From Deltaproteobacteria bacterium (lineage in GTDB: Bacteria > Myxococcota > Kuafuiibacteriia > Kuafuiibacteriales > Kuafuiibacteriaceae), in NCBI GenBank assembly GCA_040218735.1, contig JAVJQW010000011.1:352001-416000 (forward strand): a stretch of 64,000 bases of DNA, in the 5' to 3' direction. Below the pieces are notes generated by a model. That model searched no databases. It saw only the letters and a list, made by a program, of their open reading frames with translations, and was not told the DNA's origin. Position 1 is the first letter of the stretch, and every line of letters starts with the position of its first letter. The translations under genes and the position numbers were made by a program. This document shows, piece by piece, positions 39,857 to 52,060 of the stretch.

Positions 39857-40941
39857 CTACGACGCGGGTCGCACTTCGATGAACACGAGCTCCGGTCGAC
39901 AGAGGAAGCGGAGTCGAGGCGCGGGACCACGTTCGAGTCCAACACCGCGCGCGACGATCAGCGTGCGTCCGTCGTCGAAGCGCGTGACACCCGACGCCCA
40001 CGCGCGCGGCACCTTCGACAACGTCACGATCGGGCCCACGAACGGAAGCTGCACCTGCCCGCCGTGCGTGTGCCCCGCGAGCATCAAGTCCGCCGGCACA
40101 TCACCGAGCGCGAAGTCCGGACCGTGACCGAACGCCACGAGGAAGCGATCGGATGGCGTGATCTGGAGGCGATCGTCGAACGAGTCGGAGAACGACAACG
40201 CGGCGACCTCGACCTCGGCGTCCACCGCGTACCGCGTCGTCGGTTCGCGCGCGCGAATCGATGTGCCGTCGAACAGCGTCGTCCAGTGATCGGGCGCGTC
40301 GACGTTGCCGCGCACCGCGAACTGCCCGAGCGGCGCATCGATCGCCACTGCGCGCAGCATCGCGTTGAGCCGCTTCATCGTCTCCAAGTAGGACGGCCAG
40401 TCGTCGGCGTGCGCGTAATCCCCCGCGTACACGACGAGGTCGGGCTTCGCCGCCGCCACCCGCTCCAACGCGCGTCGCTCGTAGTCGGTGGGGCCATCCG
40501 TCTGCACGTCGGCGACGAGCGCGATGCGAATCGGCCGCGTGACCTTCGACGACTCGATGGTCACCGTCCGCACCTCGAGCGCCGTCGGCTCCACGAGGAA
40601 CGCGTCGACACCAATGCCCACCACGACCACGACACACGCGACGCTCACCGCAGCGCGCCGCCGCGCGGTGGTCCGGAGGCGCCACGCCGCCACCGCGCCC
40701 CACACCGGCAGGTGCAGGAAGATCACGTACGCGAGCAGCCGCATCGCGGTGAACATGGCGTCCGTCACACTGTAGACGACGGCCCCCTGCGCGATCGGCG
40801 CGGCGATCAGCGCTGCCGCACCGAGCAACACCGCGCCCCGCGCGAACAGATACGGTCGAGGGACGAGATCCGCGCGCAGGAACAACGCCGCACCGATGGC
40901 CGCGAGCACCAGGTTGTAGAAGACGTCGACCAGAGGCTCAT
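39857..40941 (-). CDS. Membrane-anchored metallophosphoesterase (YkuE-like) with an apparent 1-nt frameshift after codon 4
   Basis: ADVQ, AGDY, RGNVD, FGHGPD, AGHTHGGQ; ATG at 40941 is one base out of frame with the body. Confidence 0.82.
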
Positions 40942-40986
40942 TCCCAAACAGAAGCGACCCTTCGAGTAAACGTGTAGGATGGTCGC

Positions 40987-42660
40987 GTGGCCGCAGAGTT
41001 TCCCTGCAGCTTCGGCCCGTACGTCCTGATGCGCCTCCTCGGCGCCGGGTCCGGCGGTGCCGCCTACCTCGCGCGCCCCGCGCTGCGCGCGCCCGGGTGG
41101 CCGCCGCACGTGGTCGTGAAGGTCCTCCGCGACGAGGTCGCGCAACACGCCGACGACATCGCACGGTTCGAACACGAGGCGCGCGTCGCGGTCTGCGTCG
41201 AACACGAAAACGTGGTGCGGGTCCTCGACGCGGGGCGCGTCGAAAACAATCTCGGCGACCAGCTGTACCTCGCGATGGACTACGTCGACGGCACGATGCT
41301 GTCCGACGTCCGCAAGACCCTCGCCGACGCCGACGTGTACCTCCCCCTCCCCGTCTCGATCGCCATCCTCGAACAAGCGCTGCGCGGGGTCGGCGCGCTA
41401 CACGACGCACGCGGCCCCGACGGGGCTCCGCTGGAGTTCGTCCACCGCGACCTGTCGCCGCGCAACGTGATGGTCGACTCGCGCGGACACGTGCGGCTGA
41501 TCGACCTCGGCCTCGCCAAGTCACGCCTACAGGAGTGGATGACCACGCCGGGGACGACGCTGGGCTCGGCCGGTTACATGCCCCCCGAACAGGCTGCGGG
41601 CGACCCCGTGGATCAGGGCGCCGACCTGTACGCGATCGGCGCCGTCGCCTACGAGCTCTTCTCGGGCCAGCGGATGATCGCGCCTGCGAACGCGCAGAAG
41701 ATGCTGCACGACACGCTGACGTACCGACACCGCCCCATCCCTCCGGGCCGCCCGGAGGTACCGGCGGCGCTCGACGCCTTCGTGGAGCGCGCGACGGCGC
41801 ACGGGAAGAACGAACGCTTCCGCTCCGCCGAACAGATGCGCCAAGCGCTGCTCGCCTGCGGCATCGCCCCCGCGAAGAAGTCGACGGTCGCCGAGTTCCT
41901 CCGCGGACGCGTCGGCCCCGTCGCCCCCGTGCCGATCGGCGAGGAGGGCATGGACACCGCGCTCACGGAGGCCCACGCGGAGCACACACACATCATCGCG
42001 CGACGCCCGGAGCTAATGGTGCCGGACGACGCACCCGCGGACATCATGTTCGCGCCGACGCGCGCGGAGGTGTCGCCCTTCTCGGACCCGGCCGTCGCGT
42101 CGTCGTCGCCGGTGTCGTTCGTGCAGCCACCGCCACGCAAGCCGTGGGGGTTCATCGTGGCCGGGGTCATCGCCGTGGCGATGGTCGCGATCTACGTCCT
42201 GGTGCCGCCGCCCGTGACCGAAGCGCCGACCGTCACGAACACCACGAACGCGCCCCCGGACGCCCCCGCCGCAACCGTGGTCGCCCGTCCCGTCCCGACC
42301 GTCGCGAAGCGCTCCGTCCCCGAACCCGAGCTCGTCGCGCCCCGACGCACGCCGAAGCGCAAGCGGACCAACGCAGCGCCGCCGCCGCCCCCGCCGCCAC
42401 CACCGCCGCGCGCGGCGCGGCCGCCGCCGCCCAAACCCGCGCGCGCGAGTGTGCAGACCCTCGTGAAGAAGACCGCGGCGCGCGCCGACCGGTTGCGTTC
42501 ACGACTCGATCAAGACGATCCGGACCAGGTCCAGCGCTACCGCGCGGTCAACGAGATCCTCATGGACCTCACCCGAATCGAAGCGCTGGGCGAGGCGGAC
42601 GACGCCCTCGCCCGCGAGCAGCTCGCCGCCGCGACGAAGCGGCTGAAGTCCCTCGAATAA
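40987..42660 (+). CDS. Membrane Ser/Thr protein kinase
   Basis: VVVK, HRDLSPRN, DLG, GYMPPE; TM helix; Pro-rich C-terminal part. Confidence 0.93.
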   Translation: MAAEFPCSFGPYVLMRLLGAGSGGAAYLARPALRAPGWPPHVVVKVLRDEVAQHADDIARFEHEARVAVCVEHENVVRVLDAGRVENNLGDQLYLAMDYVDGTMLSDVRKTLADADVYLPLPVSIAILEQALRGVGALHDARGPDGAPLEFVHRDLSPRNVMVDSRGHVRLIDLGLAKSRLQEWMTTPGTTLGSAGYMPPEQAAGDPVDQGADLYAIGAVAYELFSGQRMIAPANAQKMLHDTLTYRHRPIPPGRPEVPAALDAFVERATAHGKNERFRSAEQMRQALLACGIAPAKKSTVAEFLRGRVGPVAPVPIGEEGMDTALTEAHAEHTHIIARRPELMVPDDAPADIMFAPTRAEVSPFSDPAVASSSPVSFVQPPPRKPWGFIVAGVIAVAMVAIYVLVPPPVTEAPTVTNTTNAPPDAPAATVVARPVPTVAKRSVPEPELVAPRRTPKRKRTNAAPPPPPPPPPPRAARPPPPKPARASVQTLVKKTAARADRLRSRLDQDDPDQVQRYRAVNEILMDLTRIEALGEADDALAREQLAAATKRLKSLE

Positions 42661-42672
42661 CGCGCCGACGCC

Positions 42673-43476
42673 TCAGAAGTTGTCGCAGGTCGGCTCGATG
42701 CAGACGGTGACCGTCTTGTCCGGCGGCTGCGCGACGACGGCGACGGCGACGGCCCCCGCGACGACGACCGTCGCGGACACGATCCAGAACCACGGCGACG
42801 AGAGGATCGACGTCGGCGCCTCCTCCAGCTTCGGGCGGAGGAGCCACGTCTCACCCTCGGCGAGATCACGCCGCTCCGCGAACGGCTCGTAGCCCTCGCG
42901 ACGCGCTTCGATGCGATGCGGGCCCGGGGCGACGTCGAGCTGGTGCTGCGCCGCCGTCACCTGCGGGACGTCGTCGAGGAGGATCGTCGCGTCTGGCGGG
43001 TCGGCGACGAGGTCGATCGCCGCGGAGCGGACGAAGCCGGCCTCGGCGAGTAGCTCGGACGTGATGCGCCGGAGCGTCCCGGCCTCGTCCTTCGCGTCGG
43101 TGAGGTTGCCTAGCCTCGAGCCCGCACGGCTGAGTCGCTTCGCCCCCGGGACCAGCTGGATCTGAGCCACGGGCGGAGCGACACGGCGGTTGATCACGAC
43201 GACGACGGCGAGATCCGCACCGAAGTCCCCGACCGAACGACGCACGCAGTTGTTGTCGGTGCCGCACCGCTTGATGGCGGTGACGAGCGCCGTGCCGTCG
43301 AGGCTGAAGAGGTCGTCGATCGACATCGCCGACAACCCGTGGCGCTCGTCGATGGCGTCCGCGATCGGCCGGACGATCTGCGCCGTCTGCACGCGGTTGT
43401 CGGTCCCGACGATCGGGACGATGGCGACCCGACCCACCGCAGCCGCGGCGACGAGACCTAACAGCGCGATCGACAC
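42673..43476 (-). CDS. PEGA-domain membrane protein
   Basis: DPPDATILLD, PGPHRIEARREGYEP, PWFW + TM helix; GTG start at a signal-like segment. Confidence 0.85.
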   Translation of the reverse strand: MSIALLGLVAAAAVGRVAIVPIVGTDNRVQTAQIVRPIADAIDERHGLSAMSIDDLFSLDGTALVTAIKRCGTDNNCVRRSVGDFGADLAVVVVINRRVAPPVAQIQLVPGAKRLSRAGSRLGNLTDAKDEAGTLRRITSELLAEAGFVRSAAIDLVADPPDATILLDDVPQVTAAQHQLDVAPGPHRIEARREGYEPFAERRDLAEGETWLLRPKLEEAPTSILSSPWFWIVSATVVVAGAVAVAVVAQPPDKTVTVCIEPTCDNF

Positions 43477-43523
43477 CGACGCCGACCTTAGCGCAAGACG
43501 CTCCGGGATGTGAGCTCGCCCGC

Positions 43524-44936
43524 TTAATGCTTCGGCTTGGTGAGCGGATCGAAGCGCGCGATCGGGTTGCGCGTCCCGGCGGCGTAGATCGTCAGTCCGC
43601 CGGAGCCGACCTGCGCGAAGTTGGTCCCGGACAGCGTCGGGTCGAACGTCGCGGGGTGGCCCCAGCTGTTCCTCAGGCGCGCGATCTCGGTCGGGTCGTA
43701 CTGCGGATCGTCGAGGTTCTTGCCGGCGCGGCGACTCAACGTCAGCGTCTGCTTCTTCCCGTCGTCGAGCGTCGACGCGTAGATCTGCGGCCCGCCCGGC
43801 TCGAGGAGCTGCAGCAGGCGATCGACGGTGAACGTCTCGTGGTCGCGTGTGATCTTCACGCGGTCGACGTCCTCGCCGTCCACCGTCACACGCGGCCGCT
43901 GCCCGACCGGCACCGCGTTGTCGCGCGCGGACGGGACGTAGTGATCGAAGTGCACCGCGTCGACGTCCGCGTTCGCCTGGTAAGCGAGCGGCGCGGACCA
44001 CAGCTTCTTCGAGTACATGTCCGGATTCTTCGGGAACCGGTACGACGCCTCGATCGCGGGCTCGGGCTCGTCCCCCTGGAACACCTTCACCGCGAAGCTC
44101 CCGCCGTCCGCGATCGTCGAACCGCTCCGCCGCACCATGCTCGGGGTGATCTCCACCGCCTGCACCATCTGACCGTCGATCTTCATCGGCCGCGGCGACA
44201 GCTGCGCCGCGCACTGATCCCCCGCCTCGTTCGTAATGAACACCCGCGCGCCGCTCGGCACCGTCACCACCACCGAGTCCTTCTGGAAGCCGTGCAGCTC
44301 GATGGTGTCGCCCGCCTTGCCGCGGCGCGGGAACAGGTCCGCCCAGCCGTTGCGCCGATACAACTTCGCGCCGTTCTTGCCCTCGGCGAGCGGCGTGAAC
44401 GTGCTATCGAGGTGCACCGTCGCGTCGCGCTCGGTGTGCGCCGGCCCCGCGGCCGACGCCGCGAACACCGTCGCGCGCTCGACCATCGCGCTGGTCATCG
44501 CCATCCGCGTCCCGGCGTAGCCCTTTCGGAGGCGCTCGAGCAGCTTCGTCGCGGTGATGCCATCGCCGTCCTCGGGCTTCGGGCGCAGGAAGTCGAGGAG
44601 GCCGGTGAACTTCTTCAGCTCGTCGAATGGGATCTCGGGGTCGCCGGGGCGCGCCGGGTGCTCGCGTGCCTCGCCGACCGACGTGGACAGGCTCGGATAC
44701 TCCGCCTTCGGCAGTGGCGTCGTGGTGTCGACGCGCTGGGTGGCGCGGAGGAGCTGCGCGGGGAGCTGCAGGTCGAGCAGCGCGGCGCGCCGTTGCAGGC
44801 TCGACAGATCGACGTAGCCGCCCGCGTCGCCCGTGAACGACGTCTTGACGCCCTTCGCCGCGTCGCCGTCCCGAAGACGCGCGAAGTCGTCCCCGCCGAA
44901 CCCAAACCTCTCGAGCGTCCTCAGACCGAGCTTCAC
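43524..44936 (-). CDS. Hypothetical protein, 470 aa
   Basis: Long GC3-biased ORF with normal composition downstream of the FDH gene; no recognised motif. Confidence 0.75.
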   Translation of the reverse strand: MKLGLRTLERFGFGGDDFARLRDGDAAKGVKTSFTGDAGGYVDLSSLQRRAALLDLQLPAQLLRATQRVDTTTPLPKAEYPSLSTSVGEAREHPARPGDPEIPFDELKKFTGLLDFLRPKPEDGDGITATKLLERLRKGYAGTRMAMTSAMVERATVFAASAAGPAHTERDATVHLDSTFTPLAEGKNGAKLYRRNGWADLFPRRGKAGDTIELHGFQKDSVVVTVPSGARVFITNEAGDQCAAQLSPRPMKIDGQMVQAVEITPSMVRRSGSTIADGGSFAVKVFQGDEPEPAIEASYRFPKNPDMYSKKLWSAPLAYQANADVDAVHFDHYVPSARDNAVPVGQRPRVTVDGEDVDRVKITRDHETFTVDRLLQLLEPGGPQIYASTLDDGKKQTLTLSRRAGKNLDDPQYDPTEIARLRNSWGHPATFDPTLSGTNFAQVGSGGLTIYAAGTRNPIARFDPLTKPKH

Positions 44937-44983
44937 GTTTCGGACGATGTCAGATCCCCACGAAGGTACGCAAGAGGCCTACA

Positions 44984-47789
44984 TCACACCGAGCCGCCGG
45001 GATCCCCTTCGACGACGCCCGGACCTGGGCCATCCGCCGCATAGTAAGAGCCGGGGAACGGCGCGTCGCCCGCCGTCGCGAGCCGTTTCACCTGCGCCGC
45101 ACAGACCTTGTACTCCGCCGTCTGGGTGATCGGGTCACCCTGGTCGTTGGTCAGCAAGTTCGCGCGCGCCTCGGGGAAGTGCATCGGCATCCAGATGCAG
45201 CCGCGCCGCACCTGCCGCGACACGAGCGCACGCACCTCCACGCGCCCGCGCTTCGTCGTGACCTCGACCATGTCACCGTGCCCGATGCCCCGCATCTTGG
45301 CGTCGCGCGGGTGGATCTCGATCCACGCCTCGGGCTGCTTCTCGGCGAGCTGTGGTGTGCGCCGCGTCTGGGTCGCCGCGTTGTAGTGGTACAGCGTTCG
45401 GCCCGTCGACAGCACCAGCGGGTACGGCTCGGACGGCAGCTCCAACGACGGACGGTACTCGACCGCCTGGAACAAGCCCTTGCCGCGGAGCACTCGCCCC
45501 TCGTGCAGGTACTTCGTCCCGGGGTGTGTCTTGTCCTCGCACGGCCACTGCAGCCCCACGCCCTCGGCGTCGATGCGCGCGTGGCTGATGCCGATGAACT
45601 TCGGCGCATCGCGCACGAGCTCGTCGTAGACGGCGGAGGCCGAGTCGAAGCCCCAGTCCGCGCCGCACGCCGTCGCGAGGTCCACGAGGATCTCCCAGTC
45701 CGCCCGCGCCTGCCCCGGCGGCTCGACCGCCTTGCGGACGCGCTGCACCCGACGCTCGGAGTTCGTGAACACCCCCTCCTTCTCCGCGAAACACGCGGCG
45801 GGGAGGATCACGTCGGCGTAGCGCGCGGTCTCGTTGAGGAAGATGTCCTGCACGACCACGAAGTCGAGCTTGTTCATCCCCTCCTCGAGCTTCGTGACGT
45901 TCGGCTCGGAGATGACGATGTCCTCGCCCATGACGAACAGGCCTTTGATCTGCTTCCCGACGGCCTTCATCATCACGTTGAGGTTCATGCCCGGCTCGGG
46001 CGACAGCTCGACGCCCCACGCCGCCTCGTACTTCTTGCGCACCGCTTCGTCGTCGACGCGCTGGTACCCCGGGTAGAACACCGGCGACGCGCCCGCGTCG
46101 TTCGCGCCCTGCACGTTGTTCTGCCCGCGGAGCGGGTTCATGCCCGACGCCGGCCGACCGAGGTGCCCCGTCATCAACACGAGGTTCGACAGCGCGTACA
46201 CGTTGTCCGTGCCGTGGGAGTGCTCGGTGATGCCGAGTGTGTAGTAGATGCCGGCCTTCGGCGTGGTCGCGTACTTCCTCGCCGTCCAGCGGATGTCGTC
46301 CGCGGAGACGCCCGTGATCTTCTCGGCCTCCTCGGGTGTGTACATCGCGACGGTCTTCTTCACCGCCTCGAAGCCCTCGGTGTTCGTCTCGATGAACTTC
46401 GCGTCGACGAGCCCCTCCTCGACGATCACGTGCGCCATCGCGTTGAGCAGCCAGACGTCCGTCCCCGGACGCATCCTCAGGTGCTTCTCGGCGATGGTCG
46501 TCATCCAGATCGCGCGCGGGTCGGCCACGACCATCGTCGCGCCGCGCCGCACGGCCCGCTTCATCTCCATCGCGATGATCGGGTGCGCCTCGGACGTGTT
46601 GCTGCCGATGACCAGCAAGAAGTCCGCGTCGCGGATCTCACCGATCGAGTTCGTCATCGCTCCCGCACCAAACGTGGCGACCAGACCGGCCACCGTGGGA
46701 GCGTGTCAGGTCGCCGCGCATTGATGCGCGTTGTTCGTGCCGAACGCGGCACGGGCGAGCTTCTGCACGAGGTAGTTCTCCTCCATCGTGCAGCGGGACG
46801 AGGACACGAACCCCAGCGCGTCGGCGCCGTGGTCTCGTTTCACCTTCTTCAGGCCCTCCGCCGCGAAGCGGATCGCCTCCTCCCAGGTGGCTTCTTCGAG
46901 CCGCCCGTTCTTCCGAATGAGCGGCGTCTTCAGGCGGTCTTCGTGCTCGACGAACTCGTACGCGAAGCGCCCCTTCACACACAGGTTGCCGTCGTTCGGC
47001 GGCGTGCCCGGGGGCGGGCTCGTCACCTTCACCACGCGCCCGCGGCCTTCGTTGGCCTCGCGGTCCACGTTGAGGTCCATCTGGCAGCCGACCCCACAGT
47101 AGTTGCAGGTGGTGCGGACCTTCTCGAGCTCACGCTCCGGCTTCGCGAGCGTGACGAGCGGGATCTTCTCGGCCATCGCGCCCGTCGGACAGACGTCGAC
47201 GCAGCCGCCGCACAGCTCACACGTGGAGTCGACGAGCGAGACCTCGTCGACCGTGGAGATCGTCGTGTGGGCGCCGCGGTTCGTCAGGCTGATCGCGCTG
47301 ACGCCCTCGACCTCTTCGCAATAGCGCGTGCACCGAGCACACAGGATGCAGCGGTCCGCGCGGAACTGGATGTACTTGTTGCGGTCGGTGTCGCGCGACA
47401 TGCGCAGCGGCGCCATCGCCGGCCACGCGTCGTCGGCGCCGACGTCCTTCGCCATCTGGTGCAGCTCACACGGCGCGCCGTTCTCGCAGTTGTCGTGCCC
47501 CTGCACGTGGTCGGCGAGGTACAGCGACAAGAGCGCGCGCTGGTGACGCTTCACCCGGTCGGTCTCGGTGCGCACCACCATCTCGCCGTTCGCGGGCGTC
47601 GCGCACGCGGGGACGAGGCGGCGGGAGCCCTCGACCTCCACGAGGCACGTCCGGCACGCGCCGGCCGGCTTCAGGCGCGGGTCGTGGCAGAGCGTGGGGA
47701 TCTCGACGCCGTTCTTCTCGGCGACTTGGAGAATCGTCTCCCCCTCGCCGACGTCGACGAGCGCTCCGTTCAGCGAGAGTTTCTTGCCG

Positions 47790-47797
<8 letters not shown>
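44984..47797 (-). CDS. fdhF: Formate dehydrogenase alpha subunit, selenocysteine-containing (937 aa, Sec364)
   Basis: NuoG-like Fe-S N-terminus, CNYCGVGC...CVKG, HQCAAT-UGA-HAPTVAGL in frame, PLRGQNNVQG, molybdopterin-binding C-terminal domain. Confidence 0.95.
46658..46708 (-). promoter_or_regulatory. Bacterial SECIS element with its recoded UGA
   Basis: UGA at 46708-46706; 11 nt later the stem GGUGGCC/GGUCGCC with loop GGUCU; lower stem CGCUCCC/GGGAGCG. Confidence 0.9.
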
Positions 47798-49430
<1,633 letters not shown>

Positions 49431-49488
49431 CGCCGCGGTCCCGCACCTCCGGAGACCGCGACGGCCCGCCAGCGGCTATGCTCCCCGC

Positions 49489-51468
49489 GTGCGTTCCCGA
49501 CGGCTCGTGACGCTCGCGTTGGCGATCGTCGTGTGGTGGCTCGTCGGGCTCCCGATCCTCGCGCCGCTCGTCGCGACGTTCCTCGCCGTCTGGTTCCTCG
49601 CCGCCGTGTTCGCGCGCGAGCGGTTCGTCCCCTCCACGACCACCGCGCTGCTCGCGCTCGTCGGCGCGGCCGCGTTCGCCGGGTACACCCGCGGCGCCGA
49701 CGTGGTCGCGACCGAGCAGCTCGCGGGGCTCGACGTGGTGTTGGCGGATCGCTGGCGCCTGACGAAGACCCCCGCGATCGCGCCGCCCGTCCTGCACCTC
49801 GACCGGCCCTCCGTGCTCTTCGGACACGCCGACGCCGCCTCGATGGCGCTGGTCTTCGACGACACCACCCTCCCCGGCGCGCCGCTCGGCCACGGCCTCT
49901 TTGCGTTCGACTTCGATCCGGGCGCGCACCGCGTCACGCGCTCCGTCCGCCTCGAGGTGGACGGTGATCGGGAGGTCGCGGCGCTCGACATCGTCTCCCC
50001 GCGCCACGAGCCGCGGTGGGGGTGCGCCGGAGCGACGGTCGCGGTCGTCAGCGAGCCGACCGACACCCTGTTCGTCCGCGACGGCGGAGCCTGGCGCGCG
50101 GAGCCCACGCTCGACGGCCCCGCGGCCTGCGTCGTCCTCGACGACGGGCGGATCGTCGTCGCGCACCGGTACGACCCGCGGCTCCGCGTGGGTACCGGCG
50201 AGATCGAGATCGGCGTCGGCCAGGTCGGCCTCGCACGTCGCGGCGACCGGATCGCCGTCGCCTCCATCGAGCCACCGTCCGTGACGATCGTCGACGTCAC
50301 CACTTCGTCGATCGTCGAACGCATCCCCCTCGCCGCGCCGCCCGACTGGGTTACGTACGCGGGTGAACGGCTCCTCGTCGCGAGCCGCACGGCGCACACG
50401 CTCGCCCGCGTGGGACATGACGACGCGTTGTACTTCGGTCGACCGGCCATCCACCTCACGAGCTCGCCGTCCGGGCGTCTTGCCTTCGTTGCGCTCACCG
50501 ACTACCGCCCCGACGGCGACGCCGGACCGAACCACCACGTGAACGAGCAGATCGTCGTCGTCGACGTCGACGCCTGGCGCATCGTCGAACGTATCGAGAC
50601 CGGCGCGTTCGGCGCGCTCCCTACCGGCATCCACGCCCCCGACGACGACATGCTCCTCGTCTCCTTCGCCGCCTCCAACGCCCTGGTCACGATCGACGTG
50701 AAGCACCGAGCCGCGCGCGCGAAGGTCGACCTCCCGATCGTCGTCCCGCATGCTGTCTTGCATGCGAACGACGACACCTTCGTCGTCTCCCCCGCCGAAG
50801 CCGCCATCCATCACGTCGAAGCCGACCGCACCGAGCGCTTCGAGGCGGAGCCCGCCCGCGGCTACCGCGCGTTCTACGAAGCCACCCGCGCCGGCGTCGC
50901 GTGCGCGACCTGCCACCTGCACGCCACCACCGACTTCGCGTTCCACGACATCGGCCACGGCGAGCCGCGGTCCACCCTCGACGTCCGCGGCACCTGGGGC
51001 ACCGCCCCGTATCTCCGCGGCGCCAGCTACCCGACGATCGGCGCGCTGCACGACTTCGCCGAGGGCGTCCTCGGCGGTTACGAACGTGAGGTCGCCGACC
51101 GCCCCGCGCGCCTCGAAGCCTTCCTGAAGACACGCGGACGTGAGCGCGCGCGACCCGTCGTACCCGAGGCCGCGGGGGTCGACGCCTTCGTGCGCGCCGA
51201 CTGCGTCGCGTGCCACGCGTTCCCGGCGTTCACGAACCTCGCCCAGCTCCCCGAGGCGTCGCTGTTCCCGGACCGCCGCGACCTGAACGTCCTCGACACC
51301 CCCTCCCTGCTCGGCCTCCGCGACTCGGCGCCCTACCTACTGGACGGCCGCGCGAAGACCATCGACGCCGTCCTCTTCGACCACGACCCGGCCGAGCGTC
51401 ACGGGAGTATCGCGCGCCTCGACGAAGCCGGACGGCGCGCCCTCCTCGCGTTCCTGGAAGCCCTGTGA
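49489..51468 (+). CDS. Membrane-anchored beta-propeller protein with a C-terminal di-haem cytochrome c (peroxidase-like) region
   Basis: N-terminal TM helices; YVTN-like strands; CATCH and CVACH; TAPY and TPSLLG...APYLLDG. Confidence 0.82.
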   Translation: MRSRRLVTLALAIVVWWLVGLPILAPLVATFLAVWFLAAVFARERFVPSTTTALLALVGAAAFAGYTRGADVVATEQLAGLDVVLADRWRLTKTPAIAPPVLHLDRPSVLFGHADAASMALVFDDTTLPGAPLGHGLFAFDFDPGAHRVTRSVRLEVDGDREVAALDIVSPRHEPRWGCAGATVAVVSEPTDTLFVRDGGAWRAEPTLDGPAACVVLDDGRIVVAHRYDPRLRVGTGEIEIGVGQVGLARRGDRIAVASIEPPSVTIVDVTTSSIVERIPLAAPPDWVTYAGERLLVASRTAHTLARVGHDDALYFGRPAIHLTSSPSGRLAFVALTDYRPDGDAGPNHHVNEQIVVVDVDAWRIVERIETGAFGALPTGIHAPDDDMLLVSFAASNALVTIDVKHRAARAKVDLPIVVPHAVLHANDDTFVVSPAEAAIHHVEADRTERFEAEPARGYRAFYEATRAGVACATCHLHATTDFAFHDIGHGEPRSTLDVRGTWGTAPYLRGASYPTIGALHDFAEGVLGGYEREVADRPARLEAFLKTRGRERARPVVPEAAGVDAFVRADCVACHAFPAFTNLAQLPEASLFPDRRDLNVLDTPSLLGLRDSAPYLLDGRAKTIDAVLFDHDPAERHGSIARLDEAGRRALLAFLEAL

Positions 51469-52004
51469 TGCGACCGCTCCCGATCACGCTCGCGCTGTTC
51501 GGTGCCGCCCTCGGCTTCGTCGTCATCCTCGCCCCGGACGCGCCGCTCCTGAACGAGCTGTTCCGCGCGCGGATGTCGGGATGGGTCGCGATGGCCGCGC
51601 TCCTCGGTTCGCTGTCGATGCCGCTGCTGTCCCGCTTCGGTCGCGTCGCGCCGTGGCGGCGAGCGCTCGGCGTCACCGCTGCGGTGTTCACGACGGTGCA
51701 CGCCGCATTTGTGCTGCCGACCGACCTCGTCCCGGATCTCCGCCTGCTGATCTACGAGCCGCTCTTGCGCGCGGGGGCCGCAACCCTCGTCGCGCTGGTC
51801 GTCCTCGCGGTGACTTCGTTCGGCGCCGTCGCTCGCCGCGTCCCGCGGTGGAAGGATCTCCACGCGCTCGCGTACGTCGCTGGCGCGCTCGCCGCGCTGC
51901 ACCTCGCGCTGTCCCCCCACGCGTGGGCGCCGGCCCCGCTCGCGGTCTGCGGTCTGCTTGTAACCAGCGTCCTGTTTCGCGCTGCGGACAAGAAGCGCTG
52001 GTGA
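51468..52004 (+). CDS. MsrQ/ferric-reductase-like haem-b membrane protein
   Basis: SGWVA, WRRALG, H, LAVTS, WKDLHALAY, ALH; TGATG overlap with the upstream gene. Confidence 0.82.
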   Translation: MRPLPITLALFGAALGFVVILAPDAPLLNELFRARMSGWVAMAALLGSLSMPLLSRFGRVAPWRRALGVTAAVFTTVHAAFVLPTDLVPDLRLLIYEPLLRAGAATLVALVVLAVTSFGAVARRVPRWKDLHALAYVAGALAALHLALSPHAWAPAPLAVCGLLVTSVLFRAADKKRW

Positions 52005-52060
52005 CCGGCGGCGCTCCTTTTTCGGTTGCCCCCCTCGCGCCCGCGCGCAGTATGCGCGGC

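Noticed and set aside
42378-42432. CCG-rich tract in the kinase gene
   Set aside because: An ordinary poly-proline linker.
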